DNA of 64,000 nucleotides, from contig JAAYKY010000028.1 in NCBI GenBank assembly GCA_012522185.1, positions 520 through 64,519 on the forward strand. Reading direction: 5' to 3'. Below are positions 18,130-27,498 of this stretch, in pieces. The position numbers and the translations under genes were made by a program. The notes beneath the pieces were generated by a model. The model did not search any database. It was not told the DNA's origin and worked only from the letters and a program-made list of their open reading frames with translations. This DNA comes from Flavobacteriaceae bacterium. Its GTDB lineage: Bacteria; Bacteroidota; Bacteroidia; Flavobacteriales; Weeksellaceae. Every line of letters begins with the position of its first letter. The first letter of the stretch is position 1.

Positions 18130-18807
18130 CTAAAAACTCACTCGAAATCCGACACCTCGGACGCTTTCGATTTGAAGGCTTTCGTCCTCAGAAAGGTGTT
18201 TTCGCAAACGACTGATAAATACATCTAAACTTCTTCCCGAAAAGAAATCGCTTTCCTCCCAGAGATGATTGAGAACTTCTTCTCTTTTGATGATTCGGTT
18301 TTTGTTTTGATATAAAAAAAGAAGCAGTTGGGATTCTTTTTCGGTCAGATTCCGCGTAAATTTCTCAGTTTGCAAAGTCAAATTTTCCGGGTCGAAATTC
18401 AATTTACCCAATGATATCACTTGGGCTTTTGGGATTTCTGATTTGAAATTTCGTTTGAGAATATTTCGAATTCGCAGTATCAACTCGTCCGCATCAAAAG
18501 GTTTACTAATGTAATCCTCAGCTCCCAACTTCAAACCTGTCAAAACATCTTCTCTCATCTTTCTTGCCGTCACAAACAAAAACGGTAAATCCGGATGGGA
18601 ATCCCGAAGTTTTTGCGCCAAAATAAATCCATCTTCTTTCGGCATCATCACATCCAAAATCGCAATGTCGAATTTATTTTCTTTTAGTTCATTTCTTGCC
18701 TCCACTCCATTAAACACCCTAAGGACTTGAAAATCATTTAACTCCAAATACTGCTTGAGTAAATTACCCAAATCCAAATCGTCTTCTACTATTAAAACTC
18801 GTATCAT
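18130..18807 (-). CDS. OmpR/PhoB-family response regulator
   Basis: Receiver domain (VEDD..., ILDVMMP, K in SKPF) plus a winged-helix output domain. ATGA overlap with the upstream kinase gene. Confidence 0.9.
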   Translation of the reverse strand: MIRVLIVEDDLDLGNLLKQYLELNDFQVLRVFNGVEARNELKENKFDIAILDVMMPKEDGFILAQKLRDSHPDLPFLFVTARKMREDVLTGLKLGAEDYISKPFDADELILRIRNILKRNFKSEIPKAQVISLGKLNFDPENLTLQTEKFTRNLTEKESQLLLFLYQNKNRIIKREEVLNHLWEESDFFSGRSLDVFISRLRKHLSEDESLQIESVRGVGFRVSF

Positions 18808-20180
18808 ATCGGCAATTCTATGATGAACTTACTTCCTTCGCCCTGTTTCGATTTTACCGAAAGTTTTCCACCCAAATTTTCAGTTAGTTTCCGACTCAAA
18901 TACAAACCCAATCCTAAGCCTTTCGTATCGTGCGAATTCCCTTCGGAAATCCGATAAAATTTATCGAAAATCCGAGATTGTTCTTTGAGCGGAATTCCCT
19001 TACCTAAATCTTTTATTTCAATGAAATAATTTGATCCTTCCTGATAAGATTTCAAAGAAATTTCTGTATCCGGCGAACTGTATTTCTGGGCGTTTTCCAA
19101 TAAATTTTGTAGGATGCGCTCCAGTTGAACTCCATCCGTATTTAGATAAATTTTACGGGAATCAATTTCCCTACGAAAAGGATGTTTTTCGAAATGAAAA
19201 TCATCAGTCATTTGTTTCAGAAAAGAATTTATTTCGATGCTTGATTTTTCCGATGTTTGGTCTAATGAAGTTTCCATCACCCGATCCACAATTGATTGGA
19301 GGCGTTTATTTTGCCGATCCAGTGCAGAGTAGATTTCATTCCTTTTCTTCTCATCTTTTGAGATTTCATCTTTCTGCAAGGATTTCACAATCAGATTAAG
19401 CGAAGCAAGCGGTGTCTTCAATTCATGAGTTATATTGTTTGCCAAATCCGTTTTTATTTCTGCGATTTTTTTCTGTTTGAAGAGGGAACGAAACATATAG
19501 AAAAACAAAATTATAACGGCCAGAAGCAAACCAACTGCGGCGATTAAAATCCATTTCATACGTGAAAAAACCACATATTGCCAGTTGCTGATATCCACAT
19601 CCACGGTATGTCGCATCAAAAGCGAATACCTATCGTCTTGTAAGTTCCCCAAATCATCATCGTTTTGATGAATTTTATTGATATACCAATTCCCATGACT
19701 GAGATTGATGGCTTCTTTGGATTTGAAATCTTCACCATAATAAACCAATGGTTTTTCGGAAGCACTCAAAATGGTATCATTTATAGAGTCATTTCGGAAG
19801 AGAATTTCAGTGTATTGATATCGCAAAGGATGTTCTTTTAAGATTGGATAATCTTTCTCTTGAGATTTTAAAAATTCGTTCCCTATTCTTCGAATGGAAT
19901 CGGTTTTGGCTTGAACTAATTTTTTGAATTCTTCGGCAGAAATACTTGCATCTAATTTTTTAAAAATCAGGTTTTTGATGGATTCTTGTAAACTATCCTG
20001 CCAGACATCCAATTCTTCGGCATCCGAAACGACCGAAACTGAATCTCGAATTTCAATTACATAATTCCGCTTTTCCAAATGATAAACATTTGAAACCAAG
20101 TAATATTGGATGGAAATCAATCCAACCAAAATCACAACACAACTCACCGCCAAGATGCGGATTTGATTTTTAAAATTCAC
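18804..20180 (-). CDS. Sensor histidine kinase
   Basis: GTG start, two TM segments. H-box ITHELKTPLASL; N/G boxes LLENAQKYS, DLGKGI and GLGLGLYLS. Confidence 0.9.
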   Translation of the reverse strand: MNFKNQIRILAVSCVVILVGLISIQYYLVSNVYHLEKRNYVIEIRDSVSVVSDAEELDVWQDSLQESIKNLIFKKLDASISAEEFKKLVQAKTDSIRRIGNEFLKSQEKDYPILKEHPLRYQYTEILFRNDSINDTILSASEKPLVYYGEDFKSKEAINLSHGNWYINKIHQNDDDLGNLQDDRYSLLMRHTVDVDISNWQYVVFSRMKWILIAAVGLLLAVIILFFYMFRSLFKQKKIAEIKTDLANNITHELKTPLASLNLIVKSLQKDEISKDEKKRNEIYSALDRQNKRLQSIVDRVMETSLDQTSEKSSIEINSFLKQMTDDFHFEKHPFRREIDSRKIYLNTDGVQLERILQNLLENAQKYSSPDTEISLKSYQEGSNYFIEIKDLGKGIPLKEQSRIFDKFYRISEGNSHDTKGLGLGLYLSRKLTENLGGKLSVKSKQGEGSKFIIELPI

Positions 20181-20228
20181 AAAACAAAATTAGTCAGGAA
20201 AACTAAGTTATGGAGAACCTTTTGGGGC

Positions 20229-20261
20229 ATTAACCCTTCATTAACCTTCGATTAACCCAAT
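20229..20261. promoter_or_regulatory. Three direct repeats of ATTAACC at 11-nt spacing
   Basis: attaacccttc|attaaccttcg|attaacccaat in the divergent kinase / secreted-protein intergenic region. Confidence 0.55.
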
Positions 20262-20290
20262 TTCAAAAGATTTCAAGGGAATTTCGCATC
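20261..20290. promoter_or_regulatory. Three direct repeats of TTTC(A/G)A at 10-11-nt spacing
   Basis: tttcaaaaga|tttcaaggga|atttcgcatc, immediately following the ATTAACC triplet. Confidence 0.45.
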
Positions 20291-20311
20291 AGAATTTAAA
20301 ATAAAAATCAA

Positions 20312-20719
20312 ATGAAAAAATCAGTATTTATCGCATTCTTCACTTTATTTAGTGTAGTGAATTTTGCTCAGGAAACCACGAAATCCAATCATATAAGCAA
20401 TCATTCCAATACTTCGATTTCGTCCAGTTCCACCAATAAAAAATTTTCTTATTCAGCTCAATTCAGTAATTCCGAAAAAGATCCTGAAATCCAAGAATTG
20501 ATTCAAACCACGTTGGGAACTCCAACTGAACAAAGCAAAAGATTTTTGATTTGGGAAGGAAAAGGATACAGCGTAGAGTTTCGGACTGGAAAGGTCAGCG
20601 TTGAATTGGAGAAAGAACGAACCACAAAGTCCGTTCAATTGAAATTGGAAAATCTGGGAGAGGAAATTTCCAAAATTTTGGACAGTCCCAAAACACCGGA
20701 ACCTCCGCAAACAAAATAA
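20312..20719 (+). CDS. Hypothetical secreted protein
   Basis: 135 aa with a signal peptide (FSVVNFAQE). Low-complexity Ser-rich N-terminal region. No domain recognised. Confidence 0.5.
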   Translation: MKKSVFIAFFTLFSVVNFAQETTKSNHISNHSNTSISSSSTNKKFSYSAQFSNSEKDPEIQELIQTTLGTPTEQSKRFLIWEGKGYSVEFRTGKVSVELEKERTTKSVQLKLENLGEEISKILDSPKTPEPPQTK

Positions 20720-20785
20720 AATTGAGTTTTTAATTCTATCGTGTAACAATTCTTTTCACCCTTCGTCTTTTTTAAAAATTAATTC

Positions 20786-23281
20786 ATGTCACCGATCATT
20801 CGTTTCTCTCTTGTTCTTTTTTTAATTTTATTTGGAATAAACTGTTTTGCCCAAAAGGACAGTATTTCCAGAAAGAAAATCCATATTTCCAAAGTTTTCG
20901 ATGCACCTAAAATCGATGGAATTCTAGATGATTTGGCATGGGAAGGAGCGTCGATCGCAACTGATTTTGTGGAAAGAGTTCCCCAAAATGGACGAGCAAT
21001 TCCTGACAGTTTGCACACAGAAGTAAAAATTATATACGATGATTTGGGAATTTATTTGGGTGCGACGATGTACGATCCCGAACCTGAAAAAATCCAAAAG
21101 GAATTAACGGAACGCGATGGAATCGGCAACGATGATTTTTTCTTTATTTTATTGAATGGTTACAATGATTATCAGCAAAGTTTGCAATTCCTTGTGACGG
21201 CTGCCGGCGTTCAATACGACGCCAAAATGACCAATGGAAATGAAGATTCGTCTTGGAATGGGGTTTGGTACAGCGCAGTAAAAATCAATTCCGATAGTTG
21301 GGTCGCTGAAATTTTCATCCCCTATTCCGAAATTCGATTTCCCGAAAAAGACCTTCAGATTTGGGGTTTGCAAATGGAAAGAGAATTCAGGAGAACAAGA
21401 ACTCGGTACAGCTGGAATTTCGTGGACAATTCCAAAGGAAGTTTTTCGATTTACGATGGTGAAATTCATGGAATCCAAAACATCGATTCGCCTGTTCGAC
21501 TTTCCTTTCAGCCCTATCTTTCGGGGTATTTAAATGATTACGATGGCGAATCGGAATTTGTGTTCAACGGTGGAATGGATTTGAAATATGGAATTAATGA
21601 CGCATTTACGCTTGATATGGTTTTGATCCCGGATTTCGGACAAACCAAATTCGATCCTTCGGTTTTAAATCTGACCGCTTTTGAAACTCAATATGCCGAA
21701 CAACGACCTTTTTTCACCGAAGGAACCGAATTGTTCAGCAAAGGAAATTTGTTTTATTCCCGTCGAATTGGTGAAAGCCCAGAATTTTATCCCAATTTAT
21801 CCGAAACCGATGAAATTCTTGATTTCCCGGCAAAAGTGGATTTGATCAATGCCTTGAAAGTTTCAGGCAGAACTTCTAAAAATCTGGGAATTGGAATTTT
21901 TAATGCGATTACCGAAAAAACCTATGCGAAAGTAAAAAATACCGAAACCGATGAAATTCGCAAAGAAGTTGTGGAACCTTTGACCAATTACAATGTCATC
22001 GTTTTGGACCAAAGATTTGGTCAAAATAATTCGGTTTCTTTTGTGAATACCAATACAATTCGTGAAGGAAATTTCCGTGATGCCAATGTTTCGGGACTTT
22101 ATTTTGATTTGACCAATAAGAAAAATACTTGGAATTATTGGGGAAATGCCGAAGCAAGTTGGGTGAAGAACTCTGAAACAAAATTTGGAATGGAAGGAAA
22201 TCTTGCAGCTGCCAAAATTAGTGGAAAACATCGCTATCAGGGAAGTGTTTTCTTTCGAACCATGGATTACGATATCGATGATTTAGGCTATACCGGTCGT
22301 ACAAATTACATTAATTATTATGGCTATTACGGGTATCGGATTTTACAACCGACCGATGTTTTTAATAATATAAACCTGAATTTCAATCTAAATTATACCC
22401 GAAGACTCGAACCCGATTTGTACAATAATTTTGTGTTCAATTTCAATTCAAGCTTTACTACGAAGAAGTATTTCAACTTTGGCGGCGGATATGAATTTAT
22501 TCCTATGGAATGGAACGATATTTACGAACCCCGAATTCCAGGACATCATGTAAAGGTTCCGGCTTACTACAATCCATGGGTTTGGATTTCAACCGACTAT
22601 AGAAAAAGATTGGCTCTGGACATAACATTAGATTGGTACAAATACGATCAAGCCGGAAGAGGAGAATTGGTTATGAATTTTTCACCCCGATTTCGCGTTT
22701 CAGACAAATGGAAACTTTATTTATTTACTCAAACTACTCTTTCTGACAAAGAACAAGGATTTGTTTCCTATGATGGAACCAATATTTATTTTGGGGAACG
22801 CGACCGCAATACAGTGGAAACCTCTTTGGAGTCCCAATATATTTTCAATGATAAAATGGCTTTAAATCTTGCCTTTCGACATTATTACACCGATGTGACC
22901 TATGATAAATTTTTCAATTTGGAAAACGATGGAAGCCTTAGTCCAAACAATTCCTACAATGAAAACCACAATGCCACCTACAATAGTTGGAACATCGATT
23001 TGCGCTTTAGTTGGTGGTTTGCGCCGGGAAGTCAGTTGAGTTTACTTTACAGAAACTCGATTGAGAGCTACGAGGAAATTTCCAATCTGTCTTTTCGAAA
23101 TAATTTCGACTCTATGTTTTCTCAACCTCAACTCAATAGCTTCTCCATCAGAATCAGTTATTATCTGGACTACAACCGCATGAAAAACTGGTTTAAAAAG
23201 AAACCGGAAATCCAAGAATCCATGGGACTGAATTCGTATCGGGACTACAAAAATTTCAATCATAAAAGAAAGGGTTTTTAA
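20786..23281 (+). CDS. Outer-membrane-type protein, CBM9/DOMON-like N-terminal module plus DUF5916-like beta-rich body (tentative)
   Basis: 831 aa with a signal peptide. N-terminal KIDGILDDLAWEGA motif as in CBM9-like modules. Long Y/F/N-rich beta-strand-like C-terminal part. Confidence 0.55.
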   Translation: MSPIIRFSLVLFLILFGINCFAQKDSISRKKIHISKVFDAPKIDGILDDLAWEGASIATDFVERVPQNGRAIPDSLHTEVKIIYDDLGIYLGATMYDPEPEKIQKELTERDGIGNDDFFFILLNGYNDYQQSLQFLVTAAGVQYDAKMTNGNEDSSWNGVWYSAVKINSDSWVAEIFIPYSEIRFPEKDLQIWGLQMEREFRRTRTRYSWNFVDNSKGSFSIYDGEIHGIQNIDSPVRLSFQPYLSGYLNDYDGESEFVFNGGMDLKYGINDAFTLDMVLIPDFGQTKFDPSVLNLTAFETQYAEQRPFFTEGTELFSKGNLFYSRRIGESPEFYPNLSETDEILDFPAKVDLINALKVSGRTSKNLGIGIFNAITEKTYAKVKNTETDEIRKEVVEPLTNYNVIVLDQRFGQNNSVSFVNTNTIREGNFRDANVSGLYFDLTNKKNTWNYWGNAEASWVKNSETKFGMEGNLAAAKISGKHRYQGSVFFRTMDYDIDDLGYTGRTNYINYYGYYGYRILQPTDVFNNINLNFNLNYTRRLEPDLYNNFVFNFNSSFTTKKYFNFGGGYEFIPMEWNDIYEPRIPGHHVKVPAYYNPWVWISTDYRKRLALDITLDWYKYDQAGRGELVMNFSPRFRVSDKWKLYLFTQTTLSDKEQGFVSYDGTNIYFGERDRNTVETSLESQYIFNDKMALNLAFRHYYTDVTYDKFFNLENDGSLSPNNSYNENHNATYNSWNIDLRFSWWFAPGSQLSLLYRNSIESYEEISNLSFRNNFDSMFSQPQLNSFSIRISYYLDYNRMKNWFKKKPEIQESMGLNSYRDYKNFNHKRKGF

Positions 23282-23315
23282 TCTTAAATTTTCATAAGTT
23301 TACTCAAAATAAATT

Positions 23316-23732
23316 ATGAATCCAACGCTGAGAAATATACTTGCAGTCATTGCAGGCTGGATTGTAGGTAGCGTCGTAAACGCTGGCATAGTGGTTTTAG
23401 GTCAACGTATTTATCCAATTGCAGGCATTAAGGCAAAGAGTTCTGATGAACTTGCTGCAATCATGCTGGGACTGGATTTTAATTATTTCATTTTCCCATT
23501 TTTAGCGCATGCATTAGGAACCTTAGTAGGCTCTATTATAGCCGCCTCCACTGCAGTCAGTCAGAAAATGAAATCAGCAATGGCTGTCGGAGTTTTATTT
23601 CTCATTGGAGGTATAATCGCTTGTTTTATGATACCTGCTCCGAACTGGTTCATCGCTACGGATTTGATTCTTGCTTATATCCCGATGGCTTGGATTGGCG
23701 GAAAAATTGGGAAGAGGATTTCTTTCAAATAA
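23316..23732 (+). CDS. Hypothetical membrane protein
   Basis: 138 aa with four hydrophobic segments. Confidence 0.5.
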   Translation: MNPTLRNILAVIAGWIVGSVVNAGIVVLGQRIYPIAGIKAKSSDELAAIMLGLDFNYFIFPFLAHALGTLVGSIIAASTAVSQKMKSAMAVGVLFLIGGIIACFMIPAPNWFIATDLILAYIPMAWIGGKIGKRISFK

Positions 23733-23794
23733 TTTATTTCGAAATTTAATTCCCTTTAAGCTCTCAAAATTCAGTGGAAATCCAAAGCCTTGTT

Positions 23795-23802
23795 TAAATT
23801 TG
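23795..23802 (+). promoter_or_regulatory. Bacteroidota -7 box (TAAATTTG)
   Basis: Exact TAnnTTTG match 11 nt upstream of the TTG start at 23814. Confidence 0.35.
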
Positions 23803-23813
23803 CTTTGATTTAA

Positions 23814-25466
23814 TTGCTAAACGTGGCCGAAAAACGCATTTTTTCACTTATTGGAATTTTTATCCTGATCAATCTTTTTCAAGCTTTTATCACACCGATT
23901 TCGGAAGATGAAGCTTATTATTGGGTTTGGTCGCAAAATCTGGATTGGGGTTATTTTGATCACCCGCCGATGATTGCCTGGTGGATTTCGGCTGGATATA
24001 ATTTATTCCAAAACGAGCTGGGTGTACGGCTTCTGACGGTTTTGCTCAACGGTTTCAGTCTTTATTTTTTGTGGAAAATTTTATTACCCAAAACCAACCG
24101 AGAATTCCAATTATTTTTCTTGATTTGGGGATCGGTTTTGGTTTTTAACGTTTTCGGATTTTTGGCAACGCCCGATGCGCCCTTACTTTTCTTCACGATT
24201 TCTTATTTGTTTTCGCTCAAGAAATTTTTAGAACAAACTTCGGTTTTCGCCACCTTTTTATTAGGGATTTCCTTTGCAGGACTGATGTATAGCAAGTACC
24301 ACGGAATTTTAGTGATTGTCTTTACTTTATTGCCTCTTTGGAAATTATTAGGAAGAAATCCAAAATTTTATCTGGCGGTTTTGGGAAGTTTGGTTTTGTA
24401 TTTCCCTCATATTTTCTGGTTGATTCAAAACGAATTCGTCCCAATTCACTATCATTTTCTGGAAAGAAGTTCAGACGAAACCTTCGAATTCCGTAAACTT
24501 TTCAATTACCTGGGAATTTATTTTCTGGGAGCTGCACCATTTCTGAGTTATTTTATTTTTACTTCGGTTTTTCGTTTTCGATCCGATCAGCCGTTTTGGA
24601 AAAGCATTTGGGCATTGGCTGTTTTGCCTGGAATTTTCTTTTTTCTATCGATTTTCAAGGACAATGTTCAGCCGCAATGGTTGCTCATCAGCTTTCTTGC
24701 AATGGCTTTGCTGATGTATCGACATTATCATGAAAAAAATCTGAAATGGGTTTTCAACCTTGGATTTGCAGGTCTTGTTTTGGTTTTGATTTTGAGAATT
24801 CTCATTGTACTACCGGGAATTTCGCCATTGTACAAGAATGAAAATTTCGGAAAAGAAGCCGGAAGTTTTCAGGTCGAAAATGCGATTTTTGAAAAATACC
24901 AAGAAGCTTCGGTTTATAAATTTTTCAATCCTGAAAAAAATGTGGCGGTTCATCGCACCCTCGGAAATCGTCATAGTCAATACAGTTTATGGAATTGGGA
25001 AGAAAATTTTCACGGTCAAACCATAACTTATATTTCGCCTTGGGTCAAAGCGGAAAACTCTTTCGTCGGCTATAAAAATCGGGATTATTACCTGAAAGAA
25101 ATTCAGAATTACCAGACTTATCATTTGATTGAAATTGAAACAATTGAAGGAATTTCAGCAAAGCCAAATGAACGAATTCAACTTAAAATCAACATCCGAA
25201 ACGGTCATAAACGACCAATAAAAATCGGCGGAAATTCGGAGTTAAAGCTCAATGTAAATTATTACCAAAACTTACAATATGAAATTCTTTATTCGACCGA
25301 AATTTTGACGGAAGAATTCGAACTTCAACCCGCTGAAGAAAAAGAACTTCAAATCGAATTTCAAAATATATCTGAAAAAGAAAAATACAAAGCAGCAATT
25401 GGAATTCAATATACTAAAGTCGGTACGACTTATTTGTCTGATGAGTTTTTAATCAATGTTTTATAA
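23814..25466 (+). CDS. Glycosyltransferase family 39 (ArnT/PMT-like) membrane protein
   Basis: 550 aa. N-terminal SEDEAYYWVW...DHPPMIAWW loop typical of GT-C/GT39. Many TM helices and a soluble C-terminal extension. Start codon is TTG, or GTG at 23823. Confidence 0.75.
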   Translation: MLNVAEKRIFSLIGIFILINLFQAFITPISEDEAYYWVWSQNLDWGYFDHPPMIAWWISAGYNLFQNELGVRLLTVLLNGFSLYFLWKILLPKTNREFQLFFLIWGSVLVFNVFGFLATPDAPLLFFTISYLFSLKKFLEQTSVFATFLLGISFAGLMYSKYHGILVIVFTLLPLWKLLGRNPKFYLAVLGSLVLYFPHIFWLIQNEFVPIHYHFLERSSDETFEFRKLFNYLGIYFLGAAPFLSYFIFTSVFRFRSDQPFWKSIWALAVLPGIFFFLSIFKDNVQPQWLLISFLAMALLMYRHYHEKNLKWVFNLGFAGLVLVLILRILIVLPGISPLYKNENFGKEAGSFQVENAIFEKYQEASVYKFFNPEKNVAVHRTLGNRHSQYSLWNWEENFHGQTITYISPWVKAENSFVGYKNRDYYLKEIQNYQTYHLIEIETIEGISAKPNERIQLKINIRNGHKRPIKIGGNSELKLNVNYYQNLQYEILYSTEILTEEFELQPAEEKELQIEFQNISEKEKYKAAIGIQYTKVGTTYLSDEFLINVL

Positions 25467-25467
25467 C

Positions 25468-26520
25468 TTACTGAATTCCTCTCTCATTTAGCCATTTTCT
25501 GTATTTGGCAGCATTTCTTTTATGCTCTTCGTAATTGCTTGTAAAACTATGATAACCGGGTCGATCTGGATCGGCACAGAAATAAACAAAACTATGCTCT
25601 TCGGGATTTAAAACAGCATCCACTGCTGTTAGATTGGGTAAACAAATCGGCGCAGGCGGAAGCCCATACACCCGATAAGTATTGTACTCAGAAGGAGTCG
25701 CCAAATGTCCGTGACGAACTCTTTGAATTCGATGATTAAATCCATTTTGTAGTCGATAAGCATAAACCGAAGTAGGGTCAGCTTCCAAACGCATTCCTCT
25801 CTCCAAACGATTTAGGTACGCACGCGCTACTTTGGGTTGTTCATCCGCCTTCGAAGCTTCCATTTGCACGATGGAAGCCAGAGTAAATACTTCCAATGGG
25901 GAGAAATTCATGGCTTCGGCTTTTTGCTGTCGTTCTTCTGTCCAAACCTTGTCAAATTCATTCATCATTCTTTCGACAAATTCTGTCCCATTTGTAGGCC
26001 AGAAATAAAAATAGGTATTGGGAATGAAATAGTATTTCACCGTTTCAGCAGTCAGTTCGGGGTTATTTTCTTGCGCCCATTCAATGATAGCTTCTACAAT
26101 CTGCGTGGAATCGGCTTCGATTTGTTTGGAAACTGAACCGGCCAGATGAAAAATTGTAGGCTCATTATTGATTCTCAATTTTACCTGTTCCTGACTTCCC
26201 GAAATCAATCGATTCAACAAATCTTTATTGGTTTCACCTTGAATCAATTTAAACTTTCCGGCTTTAATTTTTTCCGAAAAATCTTTTGAATCAGCATACG
26301 ATTGAAAACTCTTTAGGTTTTCCAATTTAGGTCGAAGTGAATCCAAAACTTCCTGATAAACAGCACCCGAACGGATGTACAAAAAGCCATCTTCCTTCAC
26401 ATTGGTTTCCATTCCCTGAAAAAAAGAACATCCAGTCATCAAAATACCGGACAAAAAAACAAGAAAAAAACGGGTGATAAATTTCAAATTATTATTCATT
26501 TCAACTGCTTCCTTTAGCAA
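25468..26520 (-). CDS. mltG: Endolytic murein transglycosylase MltG (YceG-like)
   Basis: N-terminal anchor and a YceG-like domain (LASIVQMEAS, YNTY..GLPP.PI). The start could instead be the ATG at 26499. Confidence 0.85.
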   Translation of the reverse strand: MLKEAVEMNNNLKFITRFFLVFLSGILMTGCSFFQGMETNVKEDGFLYIRSGAVYQEVLDSLRPKLENLKSFQSYADSKDFSEKIKAGKFKLIQGETNKDLLNRLISGSQEQVKLRINNEPTIFHLAGSVSKQIEADSTQIVEAIIEWAQENNPELTAETVKYYFIPNTYFYFWPTNGTEFVERMMNEFDKVWTEERQQKAEAMNFSPLEVFTLASIVQMEASKADEQPKVARAYLNRLERGMRLEADPTSVYAYRLQNGFNHRIQRVRHGHLATPSEYNTYRVYGLPPAPICLPNLTAVDAVLNPEEHSFVYFCADPDRPGYHSFTSNYEEHKRNAAKYRKWLNERGIQ

Positions 26521-26523
26521 TAT

Positions 26524-27306
26524 TTATTCCACTTCTATTAATCCTTTGAATACAAATTCCGCCGGGCCACTCAGCCAAACATTTTCAAATCCTCCCGAAG
26601 GATTTTTGAAAAACTTCACCCTTAATTCACCTCCTTCCGCATAAACTACAACCTCATCGGAATTCACTTTTCCAGCTTCGTAGGCAGCAATAGCCGCAGC
26701 GGTAACGCCCGTCCCACAAGCCAAGGTTTCATCCTCTACCCCTCTTTCGTAGGTTCGGATTTTCAAGGCATTTCCAGGGAGAGTTTCCACGAAATTCACA
26801 TTGGTTCCTTCATTAAAATAAGGAGCTCCATAGCGGATAATCCTTCCATAATTGGGAACATCGACATCGTCCACCACTTGCACAAATTCCACATGATGAG
26901 GCGAACCTGTATTTAAAAAATAATGCGTGGGGAGTTTTTCCACCGAAACTACATTTGACATTTTTAAATGGATAATTTCATTCTCAATCCGTGCTTCATG
27001 AAAACCGTCAATTGCCTGGAATTTGGCTGTATCCTGGATGATTCCCAAATCGGAAGCAAATCGAACGATACATCTTCCGCCATTTCCGCACATCGTACTG
27101 ACTTGGCCATCGGAATTAAAATAAACCATCTGAAAATCAGAGTTTGCATCGTTTTCTAACAAAATCAATCCATCGGCACCAATCCCGAAATTCCGGTCAC
27201 AAAGCTTTTCAATCAATTCCTTTTCAGGCACAAAATTTGCAAATCTATTGTCAATCATCACAAAATCATTGCCCACTCCTTGGTATTTATAAAACTGAAT
27301 TTTCAA
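26524..27306 (-). CDS. dapF: Diaminopimelate epimerase
   Basis: 260 aa. Both catalytic-Cys motifs present (MCGNGGRC, LACGTGV). Confidence 0.95.
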   Translation of the reverse strand: MKIQFYKYQGVGNDFVMIDNRFANFVPEKELIEKLCDRNFGIGADGLILLENDANSDFQMVYFNSDGQVSTMCGNGGRCIVRFASDLGIIQDTAKFQAIDGFHEARIENEIIHLKMSNVVSVEKLPTHYFLNTGSPHHVEFVQVVDDVDVPNYGRIIRYGAPYFNEGTNVNFVETLPGNALKIRTYERGVEDETLACGTGVTAAAIAAYEAGKVNSDEVVVYAEGGELRVKFFKNPSGGFENVWLSGPAEFVFKGLIEVE

Positions 27307-27324
27307 TCTTTAATTTTTAACAAA

Positions 27325-27358
27325 TTTAGGGATTTTTGAATTAGTCAAATTCCCTAAA
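27325..27358. promoter_or_regulatory. Inverted repeat in the dapF/htrA divergent promoter region
   Basis: TTTAGGGA...TCCCTAAA (8 bp, extendable by 3 bp after one mismatch). No gene ends here, so it is not a terminator. Confidence 0.3.
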
Positions 27359-27498
27359 GCAAGCGATATAAATACAGAATTTTAAAGTATTGATAATTTT
27401 TGTTAAATCCACGTTAAACCACTTGTGAGCTCGATTTTAAAGATGCAAATTTGAATTGTTTTGAAATAAAAATTAATTAAAAATTACTTATAAAACAT

